Virus record (IMG/VR): IMGVR_UViG_3300025168_000061
Origin: an uncultured virus (IMG/VR IMGVR_UViG_3300025168_000061)
Lineage: Duplodnaviria; Heunggongvirae; Uroviricota; Caudoviricetes
DNA: 64,000 nucleotides
Reading direction: 5' to 3' (one strand)
Below the pieces are notes generated by a model that was not told the DNA's origin, did no database searches, and worked only from the letters and a program-made list of their open reading frames with translations. Below, piece by piece: positions 45,058-55,481 of the stretch; position 1 is the first letter of the stretch, and each line of letters starts with the position of its first letter. A program made the translations under genes and the position numbers.

Positions 45058-47136
45058 TTAGAAAATAAACCAACCTGTACCACCATCACTGACAGTTGAA
45101 ATTGATTCGTATTGTATGTCTAATTGACCAGCATATGATGTAGCCCCATCAATAGTATCTGAACCTTGTCTTTGGAGTGTAACTGTATTTGCTCCTGCGG
45201 CTTGTGTCAATTTAAAAAATATTTGTCTACCCGGATAAGTTGAAGCATCAGGCATGTTTACTGTAACATCTCCACCTGAAGGATCAATTAAAATGAATTG
45301 TTGAGTTCCTGTTATAGTATAAGGTGAGTCAGTATGATCTATTGAGACTGTACCTGTGTTTAAGAGTGATCCTGATATTGTTGTAGTGTTTAGTAGGATT
45401 TCTCCGGTTGCTAATGAAGCAGAGATTACTGTTACTGATTCACCGTTTCCTATTCTAAGTTGATTTGATTCTCCTGCTATACCTAAACTTCCTGATCCTA
45501 TTGTTATATTTCCATTACCTGTAGTTTGGTTGAATCCAGCATAATATCCAACACCAATATTATTTTGACCCGTGCTAGTGTTATATAGGGTAGTAGTACC
45601 TAGTGCTAAATTATAGGCACCTGATCCCATATTTCGCATCGCAAAATATCCAATGCCTATATTGTTGTCTCCAGATGTAAGAAATAGTAGAGACTGAACC
45701 CCTATACCAATATTATTATCAGCCGAACTCATTCTACCCGTTCCTGAAGTACCACCTGCACCTGATAACTTACCTATAAAGACATTAGCATCTGAAGCAT
45801 TGTTATGTAACCCGTATCCTGCTTTATAACCAACTGCTACATTATCGTCTCCACTTGTATTTGTATATCCTGCTTGATATCCCACCATTACATTCCGGGG
45901 GCCATTTACAGTAGAAAGAGCTCCTGCGCCTTCTCCTAATATTACGTCGGTTGTGTTTAATCTAAAGGCATTAAATGATCCTGATATTGTTAATGATCCT
46001 GTTATTGAAGCATCTCCAGTAAATGGGAAGGGTGGTGGGTTGTTTAATAAATGGGATGCAGTAACAGCAAAACTTGATGATAGTACACTCATTGAAGATG
46101 TCTGTGAGTTAGTTACGAATGAAGCTGTTGCGCTTGATGTAACAAACCCCAAACTACTTATTTGAGCAGAACCTGATACTGTTCCTAATGGTATTTGGGT
46201 AGTGTTAAGAGCATGAGATGCAGTTATAGCATAGCTTGAACTAACCGCATTTAAGATGTAAGATGCTGTTTGAGCAGTTTCTACATAAGAAGCAGTTGTT
46301 GAATATGATGATGATATTACCCCAATTAATTCACTACCATCTCCTTGAAATGAGCCGGTAAAAGACCCAGTAGCTTGGAAATCTCCTGAGCCACTATTAT
46401 TAAGTAAAGCAATTGTTCCCGTAGCAGTAGGGAGAGAGTAAGTATATGCTAAACCATTAGAGGGGAATTGTATTTTCATTAGACCACCACCATCTGGGGT
46501 AACTTCAATATCTCCGTTATTCCTAATAAGGGTTTGGTTAGCGGACCCAAGACCACCACCTAGTAATGTTAACCCTCCTCCCTCATAAGTAGCGGTATCG
46601 GCACCATCAGTTAATGTAACACCCTTACTACCTTCAAGTATAAGGAGATTTCCATCGGTTGATATTAGATTTTGGGATGGGAAAATTCTAACATAATCCC
46701 CGCTTATTTGTTGAAAGGTAAAAAGTCCTCCTGGTATGTTGGCAGTAAAACCTTCCCCATCATAAGTAATGGTTGAATTACCTATTGCATTTGTACCTGT
46801 AAATATTGGAATAGTATTTGCAGTTCCATTAACAGTTGGAAGACCTATAATCCCTGATGAGGGGATATTTGTTAAGCCACTACCATTACCTTGAAGACTT
46901 CCACTAAATGAACCACTAAAAATACCATTTCCACTTTGTGCAAATGAAGCAGTATCTGCATAACTTGAGGATACTTCTTTTATAATTTCATAAGAAGCAG
47001 ATACAGCATATGATGCTGATGTAGCAAAGTCAGCATATGAGGCTGTTAGTGCATAGCTTGAAGAGATTGATGAACCTCCACTTTCTCCAGATGCATTAAC
47101 CATTATACCTGGGTCTACAAATCTTATTTTACTCAT
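45058..47136 (-). CDS. Tail fibre / adhesin-like protein
   Basis: SSSYA.TASYA repeats, SGSFSGS, YadA-head-like N.A.GY.AG repeats, C-terminal beta domain; TATTTATA at 47156-47163. Confidence 0.85.
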   Translation of the reverse strand: MSKIRFVDPGIMVNASGESGGSSISSSYALTASYADFATSASYAVSASYEIIKEVSSSYADTASFAQSGNGIFSGSFSGSLQGNGSGLTNIPSSGIIGLPTVNGTANTIPIFTGTNAIGNSTITYDGEGFTANIPGGLFTFQQISGDYVRIFPSQNLISTDGNLLILEGSKGVTLTDGADTATYEGGGLTLLGGGLGSANQTLIRNNGDIEVTPDGGGLMKIQFPSNGLAYTYSLPTATGTIALLNNSGSGDFQATGSFTGSFQGDGSELIGVISSSYSTTASYVETAQTASYILNAVSSSYAITASHALNTTQIPLGTVSGSAQISSLGFVTSSATASFVTNSQTSSMSVLSSSFAVTASHLLNNPPPFPFTGDASITGSLTISGSFNAFRLNTTDVILGEGAGALSTVNGPRNVMVGYQAGYTNTSGDDNVAVGYKAGYGLHNNASDANVFIGKLSGAGGTSGTGRMSSADNNIGIGVQSLLFLTSGDNNIGIGYFAMRNMGSGAYNLALGTTTLYNTSTGQNNIGVGYYAGFNQTTGNGNITIGSGSLGIAGESNQLRIGNGESVTVISASLATGEILLNTTTISGSLLNTGTVSIDHTDSPYTITGTQQFILIDPSGGDVTVNMPDASTYPGRQIFFKLTQAAGANTVTLQRQGSDTIDGATSYAGQLDIQYESISTVSDGGTGWFIF

Positions 47137-47163
47137 TTAATATCTTTTTATTAGTTATAAATA

Positions 47164-48258
47164 TTAACCATTTGATATAGTTGGTACTCCTCCGTTATTC
47201 CATATTACACCTGCTACTAAAGGATCTGATGTTGGTAGATCATTTAAAGAAGTATACACTGGAGGAGTTGGATCGTTTGGAAAACTAACTGGGGATGTTC
47301 CCAAATTAATTTTTCCCGTTGTAGTATCTCTAGTCCTACCATCTGGTGTTACTGTTGGGTTTGCTTCATATCTATCAGGGTTTGAATCTGTTTCTAGTCC
47401 AAATATAATTTTTGATTTTTCATTATATTTTCTAACAGCTTCCATATCCTTTTGTATTACATCTGGGATGATGTAACCATACATTTTTATGTCAAATGTA
47501 CCTCTTACTAATCTTTCTTGACTTTGTTGTAATTCAGTAACTGTAGTAAAATTATCTATTTGGGCTTTAAACTTAAAACGTTCAGGATTACCCCAATATG
47601 AATCTGAGGCATAATTTATTGCTTCGATTATTTTGTTTAATTGTTCTACGTAATATGTTTGAATTATACAGCTATAAGTTAAGTTAACCCAATCTGGGAT
47701 AACGTTTGTTATAAACTGTTTAGTTGGTACTCTATTATTAAGTGAATTAAAGTTACTATAAAAGTTTTTAGGGTTATAAGATTTCTGCCAAGATGTATAC
47801 AAATTAGGTGAATTAGCATCTAACTTTCTAGATAATGTTCTGTTTTTCTCCAATGAGTTTCTTTTAAACATTATAATTGGGTTCATTATAGCACCCTTTT
47901 TATCTCTGTAGTATCCATCTTTTTGTACTGATTTCCATCTTTCGGGAGAACCATATATGATTGGAACTGCTATTCTTTCTCCATTTTGAATTACTGATGG
48001 TTTTATAACATTCTCAAAGTAATACATTATAGACTCATCTATATCTTGTATCCCAATAGAAAAAGGTTTAACTGTATCTCCCTTAAAGGACATTTTAGTT
48101 GACCTGTTAAAGGGAATGTTAGCTTCATTATTTGGTGGAAACTGTCCTCCTTCAGATGCATCATTGGGATTACCATATTCTGATGAATATGGGGTTTGTA
48201 AATCCTTAGATATTTCCTTTTGGGATTTAGGGACGGGTTTTCTATAATTCTTAGCCAT
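47164..48258 (-). CDS. Tail terminator / sheath stabilizer (gp15-like)
   Basis: VPIIYG.PERW, P..V.L.Y...I.T...EQLN.IIE; follows two neck genes. Confidence 0.7.
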   Translation of the reverse strand: MAKNYRKPVPKSQKEISKDLQTPYSSEYGNPNDASEGGQFPPNNEANIPFNRSTKMSFKGDTVKPFSIGIQDIDESIMYYFENVIKPSVIQNGERIAVPIIYGSPERWKSVQKDGYYRDKKGAIMNPIIMFKRNSLEKNRTLSRKLDANSPNLYTSWQKSYNPKNFYSNFNSLNNRVPTKQFITNVIPDWVNLTYSCIIQTYYVEQLNKIIEAINYASDSYWGNPERFKFKAQIDNFTTVTELQQSQERLVRGTFDIKMYGYIIPDVIQKDMEAVRKYNEKSKIIFGLETDSNPDRYEANPTVTPDGRTRDTTTGKINLGTSPVSFPNDPTPPVYTSLNDLPTSDPLVAGVIWNNGGVPTISNG

Positions 48259-48814
48259 TTATTCTTCCTTTTTCTATTTGTACTTTATCTACTGGGGTAT
48301 AATGTGTTTTACATATAATAGATAAATCGCTACCAAAGTTTTCTAATCCTGGGTTTATTGGGTTTTCAGCATAGTTGTAATCAGGATCTTTACCCATAAA
48401 GAATTGATTTCCAATTACATCATCTACTTCATAATAACCTCCGTAATACATTACTATGTCTCCTACTTGAGGAACCAAATCAGCTCCAAAATAATCTCCT
48501 TGGTCAAAATCTTTGTTAAAATCCAAATTTCTCTGCAATAAATCATCGCGTAAAAATTTAAAATCAACATTTCTATAATATTGTACACCGAACTCATCAT
48601 CTGGGTAAGACTGCGGTTCATGTGATATTAAACAACTTAATATAACGCCCCTATAATAATATTTTGAGCCCGCAGATTCACCATAAAGGTTAACTTTAGT
48701 TTCATCTAATTTAAATTTATAGTAAACACATTCTTGAGAGATAATGTTACCCATTAACTCCCTATTTAAGTGTCTAAATAGGCTTATATCTCTTTTTCCT
48801 CCGTATAAAGCCAT
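48251..48814 (-). CDS. Neck / head-closure protein (gp14-like)
   Basis: NLYGE, P.VGD......YYEV; gene order. Confidence 0.7.
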   Translation of the reverse strand: MALYGGKRDISLFRHLNRELMGNIISQECVYYKFKLDETKVNLYGESAGSKYYYRGVILSCLISHEPQSYPDDEFGVQYYRNVDFKFLRDDLLQRNLDFNKDFDQGDYFGADLVPQVGDIVMYYGGYYEVDDVIGNQFFMGKDPDYNYAENPINPGLENFGSDLSIICKTHYTPVDKVQIEKGRING

Positions 48815-48815
48815 A

Positions 48816-49961
48816 TTATCCTATAAAAATTGTGTAAGGTACTTTGTTTAGTTCTTTTTCTAAATAATCACCTTCTTGTGATCTTCTTTCTAATAATTTA
48901 TCTCTTGATGTTTCATCAAAGTATGCTCTTAATCTTTCTACTAGAGCAGCTCTATCAGCTGTAGCTGATGATAATAAATCAGATTGATTTAAAGTAACAT
49001 CTGAATCTGGAATAGGTATTGTAGAGTATTTACCTCTAACATATCCTAAAATTTCTTTTGAAATTGCTAACGTCATTTCAAAAATCCATTGTCTACCTAT
49101 AGAATTGATTAAATTATAATTAGGGTTGGAGAATGGGACTTCGGATACATTTGTTATCTTATTAGTACCATTACTATATGGGTTAGCTCTTTCTGATTTT
49201 TTAATATATTCAAACCATAAATGTCCGTTTGAATTTGGGATGGGGAATACTTTTAGGTTGTTGTTTACTAATTCAAATGAATAATTTGACCTTCTAATAG
49301 TATCATTAAGTTCTATGGCTTGCATTACTTGCAAATCATAATTAATAGGCATCATTAAGAAATTGATAGCAGGTGAGTAACTACCCCAACCAAATGAATC
49401 CATCATATCCATCATTCCTGTACCTGTACCTGCATATGGGTCGAAATATCTTGTTATTGCAGGGGGAGCTTCGTAAAATACTCTCTTAATTTCAATTGAA
49501 TCGTTTGCAGCTAAACTAGCACTAGCTTGTGCCCACTCATTCATATTATAAGTTTGTTTACCTCCTTTTAGAGATAATGAACCTGAATACCATGTTACAT
49601 TTCCACCTACTCCTGCTTCTTCACCATATTGTTCTGATATGTTAACTACATTAGCTAAAGTTGGAGATATAAGTTGTCCATTTGCTTCAGTTATAGATGA
49701 TGCACCTTGTAGAGATAAGTAATTTTCTCTTACTTTATAAGCATATAATTCATTACCATAAATTGTAATTGCTTCCTCAAAAGCTGTATAAAATGATCCT
49801 GATTGTAGTTCTACATCTGCTAAAGGATAACCTAACCTTCGAGCACAAAAGTCTGATACTTTGTCAGCATCAGTTTGGAATTCAATTTGATGGTCATAAA
49901 ACCCAAATGGGGTTTGACCTGCAGAGAAGGTTGATGTTCCGGTCCAAATAGGTATGTTCAT
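48816..49961 (-). CDS. Neck / head-tail adaptor (gp13-like)
   Basis: RRLGYP..DVEL, W.....LA..KE.LG.VRGKY..IP....VTLN. Confidence 0.82.
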   Translation of the reverse strand: MNIPIWTGTSTFSAGQTPFGFYDHQIEFQTDADKVSDFCARRLGYPLADVELQSGSFYTAFEEAITIYGNELYAYKVRENYLSLQGASSITEANGQLISPTLANVVNISEQYGEEAGVGGNVTWYSGSLSLKGGKQTYNMNEWAQASASLAANDSIEIKRVFYEAPPAITRYFDPYAGTGTGMMDMMDSFGWGSYSPAINFLMMPINYDLQVMQAIELNDTIRRSNYSFELVNNNLKVFPIPNSNGHLWFEYIKKSERANPYSNGTNKITNVSEVPFSNPNYNLINSIGRQWIFEMTLAISKEILGYVRGKYSTIPIPDSDVTLNQSDLLSSATADRAALVERLRAYFDETSRDKLLERRSQEGDYLEKELNKVPYTIFIG

Positions 49962-49972
49962 AATATTTTAAT

Positions 49973-50398
49973 TTAAGTGGTTGCTATAAAATACTCCACT
50001 TTAGCACTACCACTGTATGGTTCTACTGATACTGACATTATATCATCATATGTAAAAGTATTTGTAACACTTCCTGTTATTTCACTTGTTGAAAGCATAA
50101 AGGTACCACCTGCGGCTACTGAAAAGTTGAGTAATTCTGATGAAGATGAAACTTTTAAATTTAAAGGAACTGTTGTAGAATAATTAGATATTCTTCCGTA
50201 TTTAAAACTCCCAGTTCTGAATGTACCTGCTCCAGGTAAATCATCATATTTGAATATTGTTGTTACACTCCCGGAAGGAACAGTAACAATACGATTATCT
50301 ATATTCTCAACGTCTTTTATTGATAAATTATAATCAGTACCTCTCTCGGTACCTTCAAGTAATACTCTTTCTCTAATTAAAAGGGTGAAATCAGCCAT
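49973..50398 (-). CDS. Hypothetical beta-rich structural protein (141 aa)
   Basis: ORF after the capsid gene; TATTTATA at 50408-50415. Confidence 0.75.
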   Translation of the reverse strand: MADFTLLIRERVLLEGTERGTDYNLSIKDVENIDNRIVTVPSGSVTTIFKYDDLPGAGTFRTGSFKYGRISNYSTTVPLNLKVSSSSELLNFSVAAGGTFMLSTSEITGSVTNTFTYDDIMSVSVEPYSGSAKVEYFIATT

Positions 50399-50435
50399 GG
50401 TTTTGGTTATAAATATGAAAAAAAATAATTAAAGT

Positions 50436-50465
50436 AAAAAAAGACCTGACTAAAAAGCCAGGTCT
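50436..50465 (-). terminator. Intrinsic terminator after the major capsid gene
   Basis: AGACCTGGCT-TTTT-AGTCAGGTCT followed by a T run. Confidence 0.85.
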
Positions 50466-50493
50466 AATCTTTATAATTTATGTTTGTACTTTA

Positions 50494-52167
50494 TTATACA
50501 GAAGCTAATCCGCTAACAAATACTCTTCCATAAAATTCTGGTCTAATCATCTTCTTAGCGTAACGAGTTAATAGACCTTTTCTTGGTGTGAAAGTGTCTG
50601 GATCGTATACTAATGGAGTCATAATCAATGGAATGTAAGGTGCAAATACCGCTCCTGTTTCTAGGAATTGGTTACCTCTATATCCCATAAGGATTGTTCC
50701 TTCAGTCATATATGGATTCTTGTAGATATCATATCTACTGTTCATCTGTCCCATTTTCTGGATACCGAATGCAAATTTACCTTTTGAAGCATCACCATCT
50801 GAGTTTGAAGCAAATCCTGGGATTGATTCAATGATAGTTGCTACTGAAGGAGATATCACACAGAAATTAGCACCACCTCTAAGAGTTTTCTGGTGAATTT
50901 TGTTAGATACTTTTTGCATTTTAGTTCCCAATGTTTGGAACCACTGTCCTTGTGTATTGAAGAAATTCAAATCATCATACCCTGTTCGGGCAGCATTCAA
51001 ACTGTCGTTGTTTTTAGCACTCCAGTATTCATCAGCAGCTGATGCATCTTGGATTAACATATCAAGAATTTCTAAATCGATTTCCATTGAAATGTATTCA
51101 CTCATAATAGATGTTAATTCTGCTTCAGCATCTAGTGCTTGGTAAGCATTTAAATCTTGAGCAAATTCTGGTGTCCATTGTGCTTTTAACTTTCTAGTTT
51201 TAGCAACAATTGCTTCAGATTTCATTTTAACATCGATAGATGGAATTGCTAACGCATCAGCAGCAGTAGATTCAGCATTTGGTCTACCTGCACCTGCAGC
51301 ATCTTCAAAATCACCTCTTTCGTTATCAGTTGGTTGATAGTTGTAAAATACAACGTTGTCTGTAGCTGTGTTTGGAACAGCAAGATCATTAGCTGAACCT
51401 GACATTATAAATGTAATATTAGTTCCACTAACACTTGTATATTGTGGTCTTAATCTATCAATTGATGCTTGGAAAGCCCAATCAACAGTTGAAGAAGAGA
51501 TAGGGAAAAATGCTCTTGCACCTTTGTAATCTGGTCTGTCTAAGTTAGCACCATCTACTGTTACAGTAACATAATCTCCATATGAAGAGGATAAATCCGA
51601 ATCATAATCTAAATCTGCCCAAGTAGCAGTAGCTACGGTTGTTGCAATTGATTTAGAGAATTGGTTGATTGAATATCCAAATCTTCCGGCACCATATAAA
51701 CCATCAGTTGGATTTGCTCCACCTGCAGGGTTAGTATTACCATACATAGAAGCAGGGCTTGAATAAACATCTCCAGCAGGGCCAAAGTTTACTTCTTTGT
51801 CTTGACCATATTGGAAATCTAAGAAAAATACAAGACCTGAAGGTAAGTTCATTGGTTGAACCGAAACAAATTCTTTTGCTGCGATTTGTCCAAATACCTT
51901 TCTTACCATTGGTAAAGCTACACCTGCCCACTGAGAACCTTGTCCTGCAGTAAAGTTAGCACCACCTTGGTTAGTTGATGATTGCTCAACAACTAATTGT
52001 TTTGCTTGGTTTTCTAGAATTAAAGACATATTGTTCTTGTGAACTTCGCTGTCCATTCCTTCTAGAAGTCCTGTTTTTTCCCACTTTGACGCTAGTCTAG
52101 CTGCGTCACTCTGCATGTTTTTCCAACCTTTTGCAGAGCTTTCTAATAGAGAATTTAATTGACTCAT
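50494..52167 (-). CDS. Major capsid protein (gp23-like)
   Basis: LENQ, VSVQPM..PSGL.F, AKTRKLKA.WT.E.AQDL, APYIPL, F.P..G..TRY. Confidence 0.97.
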   Translation of the reverse strand: MSQLNSLLESSAKGWKNMQSDAARLASKWEKTGLLEGMDSEVHKNNMSLILENQAKQLVVEQSSTNQGGANFTAGQGSQWAGVALPMVRKVFGQIAAKEFVSVQPMNLPSGLVFFLDFQYGQDKEVNFGPAGDVYSSPASMYGNTNPAGGANPTDGLYGAGRFGYSINQFSKSIATTVATATWADLDYDSDLSSSYGDYVTVTVDGANLDRPDYKGARAFFPISSSTVDWAFQASIDRLRPQYTSVSGTNITFIMSGSANDLAVPNTATDNVVFYNYQPTDNERGDFEDAAGAGRPNAESTAADALAIPSIDVKMKSEAIVAKTRKLKAQWTPEFAQDLNAYQALDAEAELTSIMSEYISMEIDLEILDMLIQDASAADEYWSAKNNDSLNAARTGYDDLNFFNTQGQWFQTLGTKMQKVSNKIHQKTLRGGANFCVISPSVATIIESIPGFASNSDGDASKGKFAFGIQKMGQMNSRYDIYKNPYMTEGTILMGYRGNQFLETGAVFAPYIPLIMTPLVYDPDTFTPRKGLLTRYAKKMIRPEFYGRVFVSGLASV

Positions 52168-52193
52168 TTTTTTAATTTTTAATTGTTTTTATA

Positions 52194-53231
52194 TTATTTT
52201 AAACCTGCCAATTTTTGGAACCTTTCCACCATAGGGTCAGTTGCAATAATTGGGTTTTTAGTTTTAAAGTTTCCTGTTGCCTTTGAGGCAGAACCTAAAG
52301 ATTCTCTAATTGGTGCTTTTTTTCTTTTTAATCCTTCGTTTAAAGTTTCAAATACCAATTTAGTTTCTTTTACTGTAGTTGCTTTATCAAATGCACCTAA
52401 TACTTTAACTTTTTCATTTTCAGTTAAGCTTTTAGCTTTGAAAATTTTATTAGTGTATAACAATTTAGCGTTTAACAGGTTAACTTCATTTATTTCATGT
52501 TTAAGAGTATTAACAGTAGAGTTAGATTTTTTAAGATCTTCCTTTAATCTTGATACTTCTTTGTAAACTTCAGCTAATGAATTATCTTCACTAACTTCTA
52601 CAGTTTCATCATCTACAATGTCGATGTCGATTTCTTCATCATCATCAGAATCATCAGACATAACTTCCATGTCTTCTTCTTCTTCTTCAAATTCATCACC
52701 GGCTTCTAATTCACCTGATGAAACCATATCTGCGATAACATCTTCAATGAATCCTTTAAGGTCTTCATCAGTCATATCTTCAAGATCAAGATCTGAGGAT
52801 TTTTCATCCTCCATATCTTCTTTCTCGTCTTCCATACCGTCTTCATAGCCTTCTTCTTCGGCGTCTGTTCTAGCATCTTCTGTGACTGCTTCTTCCTCTT
52901 CTAATTCACTTTCGATTTCATTTAATAGTTCGTCTAGATTGATTTCTTCTTCGATATCAGATTCAGCAAGGTCTTTTCCATACTTCATTTTTTCAGTACG
53001 TTTAGTTTCTTTACTTTCTCCTCCATCTCCACGATCATCACCTTCTTCTTTTTCTTTTTTAGACATTTCATCAATGTCTTCTTTTTCCATCTCCTCTAAT
53101 TTTGCAGATAACATGGATTTAAGTTGAGGTGTGAAAGCTTCTTCTAGAGCTGCTTTTGCATTTGCGATAGCTGTTTCTTTAACGGCTTTAGCGTCAGCAA
53201 TAGCTTCTTTGAGAATATCTCGTTTTGCCAT
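52194..53231 (-). CDS. Prohead scaffold protein (gp22-like)
   Basis: Highly acidic, coiled-coil, many L/I-x-E sites; between protease and capsid genes. Confidence 0.85.
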   Translation of the reverse strand: MAKRDILKEAIADAKAVKETAIANAKAALEEAFTPQLKSMLSAKLEEMEKEDIDEMSKKEKEEGDDRGDGGESKETKRTEKMKYGKDLAESDIEEEINLDELLNEIESELEEEEAVTEDARTDAEEEGYEDGMEDEKEDMEDEKSSDLDLEDMTDEDLKGFIEDVIADMVSSGELEAGDEFEEEEEDMEVMSDDSDDDEEIDIDIVDDETVEVSEDNSLAEVYKEVSRLKEDLKKSNSTVNTLKHEINEVNLLNAKLLYTNKIFKAKSLTENEKVKVLGAFDKATTVKETKLVFETLNEGLKRKKAPIRESLGSASKATGNFKTKNPIIATDPMVERFQKLAGLK

Positions 53232-53333
53232 TTTCCTAAATTTTTTATTTTGTTGGGAAAGTACGTTTATTTGGAAACGTAATAGATTTTATTTATTTGA
53301 TGCTATATGTCCGAAGGGAATAGCATATTCAAA

Positions 53334-53341
53334 TATAAATA
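53334..53341 (-). promoter_or_regulatory. TATTTATA putative late promoter with a structured leader (scaffold-capsid)
   Basis: Recurring motif followed by hairpin ATGCTAT...CTTCGG...ATAGCAT. Confidence 0.65.
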
Positions 53342-53371
53342 TATGGGGATTCTTCAAAGTCGAAGAATTTA

Positions 53372-53974
53372 TTAAAACATTGGGCAGTTTCCATTAGCAC
53401 ATAATATTTCTGTTACTATGCTATTTGCTTTTGAGTATGGGTTTATAATATTTTCTTTACCTTCTTTAATTGTTTTCATGTATGAGCCTGGGTTAGAAGG
53501 TGTTGAAACAAAGTCCCAACATAATAATTCAAAGTCGTCTTGTACTTCCATTACACCACCACTTTCTTCTAATGAACCCATTCCACGAGAGGATACACCG
53601 CATGTAATACCACTTTCGATTAGTGCTTTAAGTATGTTTCCAGATGGTGTAGGTAGTATTTCTATTTTACCTATTACATTATCTCCATCCCACCACATAT
53701 CTTTTATGTTGTGGGAGACGTTTTTTAAGTTAATTACTTGAGACTCTGGGTGGTCTAATTCTCCCATTGCTCTGTTTTCTTTAACTAGTTCTTTGTACTT
53801 ATCGATTTCTCGGTTCCATAAATCTTTAGAGTAATATCTTCCATTACCGTTTTTTATTTCAGCTGTAGCTAAAATACCTTCAACGATTGGATTACCTCTT
53901 TCAGACATTTTACCTTCTGATAATAAACCTGGGGTAGGTTTAAATAACTGTGTTTCAATAAGTACTTGTTTCAT
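53372..53974 (-). CDS. Prohead protease (gp21-like)
   Basis: NGNGRYY, GELDHP, VSH, TPSG.I, GVSSRGMGS, DFVSTPS. Confidence 0.96.
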   Translation of the reverse strand: MKQVLIETQLFKPTPGLLSEGKMSERGNPIVEGILATAEIKNGNGRYYSKDLWNREIDKYKELVKENRAMGELDHPESQVINLKNVSHNIKDMWWDGDNVIGKIEILPTPSGNILKALIESGITCGVSSRGMGSLEESGGVMEVQDDFELLCWDFVSTPSNPGSYMKTIKEGKENIINPYSKANSIVTEILCANGNCPMF

Positions 53975-53975
53975 A

Positions 53976-55481
53976 TTAATAATCTCCCATTTTAAGTCCT
54001 AAATGTTGTTCTATAAATTCTTTTATCTCTTCTATAGACATTCCTGCTTCATATGCCATTTCAACTGCATCTGCTACTGCTTCCATATGTTCAGGTGCCC
54101 CGTCCATTCTATCTTCTTCTAATTCAATAGAATCAACAGTTGCCTTAAATTCTCCAGCACTATCATTTGCGGCATCCATATTTGTTTTTAATTCTTCAGC
54201 ATCCTCTTTAGGACCCTCATTCAAATTAAAATAATCCATGTAGTTTTTATGAGAAAATCCTGTACCTGATACAATGCCACCTGCAATTGCTATTTCATTA
54301 ACTAGTTTTTTAGATTTATCTTCATCATGGGCTACAATAAACTCACCAACTTTTGCACCTGATATTACTTTTTTTATTTGAGCTAAATCTGCATCTTTAA
54401 AATCCATCCCAAATTCTCCTCTATTGGTGAATTTAATACCTTTATCTTTTAAAGCCTGTCTTACTATTTTAGTATCTTTTTTAGCTTTACTACTTGTTCC
54501 TTTTCTTATGATAGCGCCATTAAATTTTGCTTCTTTTATTAATTTTCTTCTTCTACGTTTGTGTTCTTTTAAACCTCTCCCTCCAGGTGCATTATCTGCA
54601 GGGGAGTATTTAGAACGTGTTTTTTCGATTTCAGAATCTATGAATTGAAGTACTTGAACATCTGTTGGGTTTTCAATTTTATCAAAAAACCTTACAACAT
54701 TTTCATAAAAGTCATCATTGTATCCATCTATAAAATCATCTGCAAAATCTTGTCCTTTTTTAGAAGATATATATGCTCTAATCTTATCATAGTCTAAATC
54801 TAATACATCGGGTCCGAATTCCGTATTAGCATCATTCATATAAGTGTATTCACCTTCTTTTATTAATTTTCTTCTTCTACGTTTGTGTTCTTTTAGTTTA
54901 CCATAACCACTTGATTTGTATTCACCTTTTGGTTCTACTGGTTTGCCTAAACTTGGAGCTTCGTCAGTGTAACCTAAATCTTTTTCTCCGAATTGACCAT
55001 TTTTAGTATAAAAAATAGGGTCTTTAGCTAAGTTTTTATAAACAATCTCTAGTAATTCTTGGTCTGTTTTCCCTTCGTTTTTAGGATCTTTGTATTCACA
55101 ATAGTATCCCATTTGGATTTGACCAAAAATCATGTTGTTTGGGTCTTTTTTATCTAATGTGTCATATCCATTAGCTTGGTCTTCTTCAACCTCTTTAGAT
55201 ACTTTCTTTTCTTCAGCTTTTACCTCTGCTTCTGCTATAAAGTTTGCAAATGCATTTTCGTATCCTTCTTTCTTTCTTTCTAGTGGGTTTCCTACCATAG
55301 GAATACCAACAAAGTTTTCGGAGATTATATTCTTTTGCTTAAGAATTTTAGATGCTTCATTATATGTAGCCCCTTGTCTTATTAAATTAGGGAATAGTTT
55401 TTTTGCTTCTTTTAAGAAAACACCTTTATGGCCCTTGTCTTCCTTAATTAATCTGTATTGTTCAGTTAATGTTTTTTTCAT
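53976..55481 (-). CDS. Modular internal head (core) protein, candidate polyprotein
   Basis: Between portal and protease; many L/I-x-E sites; duplicated LKEHKRRRRKLIKE. Confidence 0.8.
   Translation of the reverse strand: MKKTLTEQYRLIKEDKGHKGVFLKEAKKLFPNLIRQGATYNEASKILKQKNIISENFVGIPMVGNPLERKKEGYENAFANFIAEAEVKAEEKKVSKEVEEDQANGYDTLDKKDPNNMIFGQIQMGYYCEYKDPKNEGKTDQELLEIVYKNLAKDPIFYTKNGQFGEKDLGYTDEAPSLGKPVEPKGEYKSSGYGKLKEHKRRRRKLIKEGEYTYMNDANTEFGPDVLDLDYDKIRAYISSKKGQDFADDFIDGYNDDFYENVVRFFDKIENPTDVQVLQFIDSEIEKTRSKYSPADNAPGGRGLKEHKRRRRKLIKEAKFNGAIIRKGTSSKAKKDTKIVRQALKDKGIKFTNRGEFGMDFKDADLAQIKKVISGAKVGEFIVAHDEDKSKKLVNEIAIAGGIVSGTGFSHKNYMDYFNLNEGPKEDAEELKTNMDAANDSAGEFKATVDSIELEEDRMDGAPEHMEAVADAVEMAYEAGMSIEEIKEFIEQHLGLKMGDY
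54530..54895. repeat. Exact 42-bp direct repeat (54530-54571 and 54854-54895)
   Basis: cttcttttattaattttcttcttctacgtttgtgttctttta twice, 324 bp apart and in frame. Confidence 0.95.
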
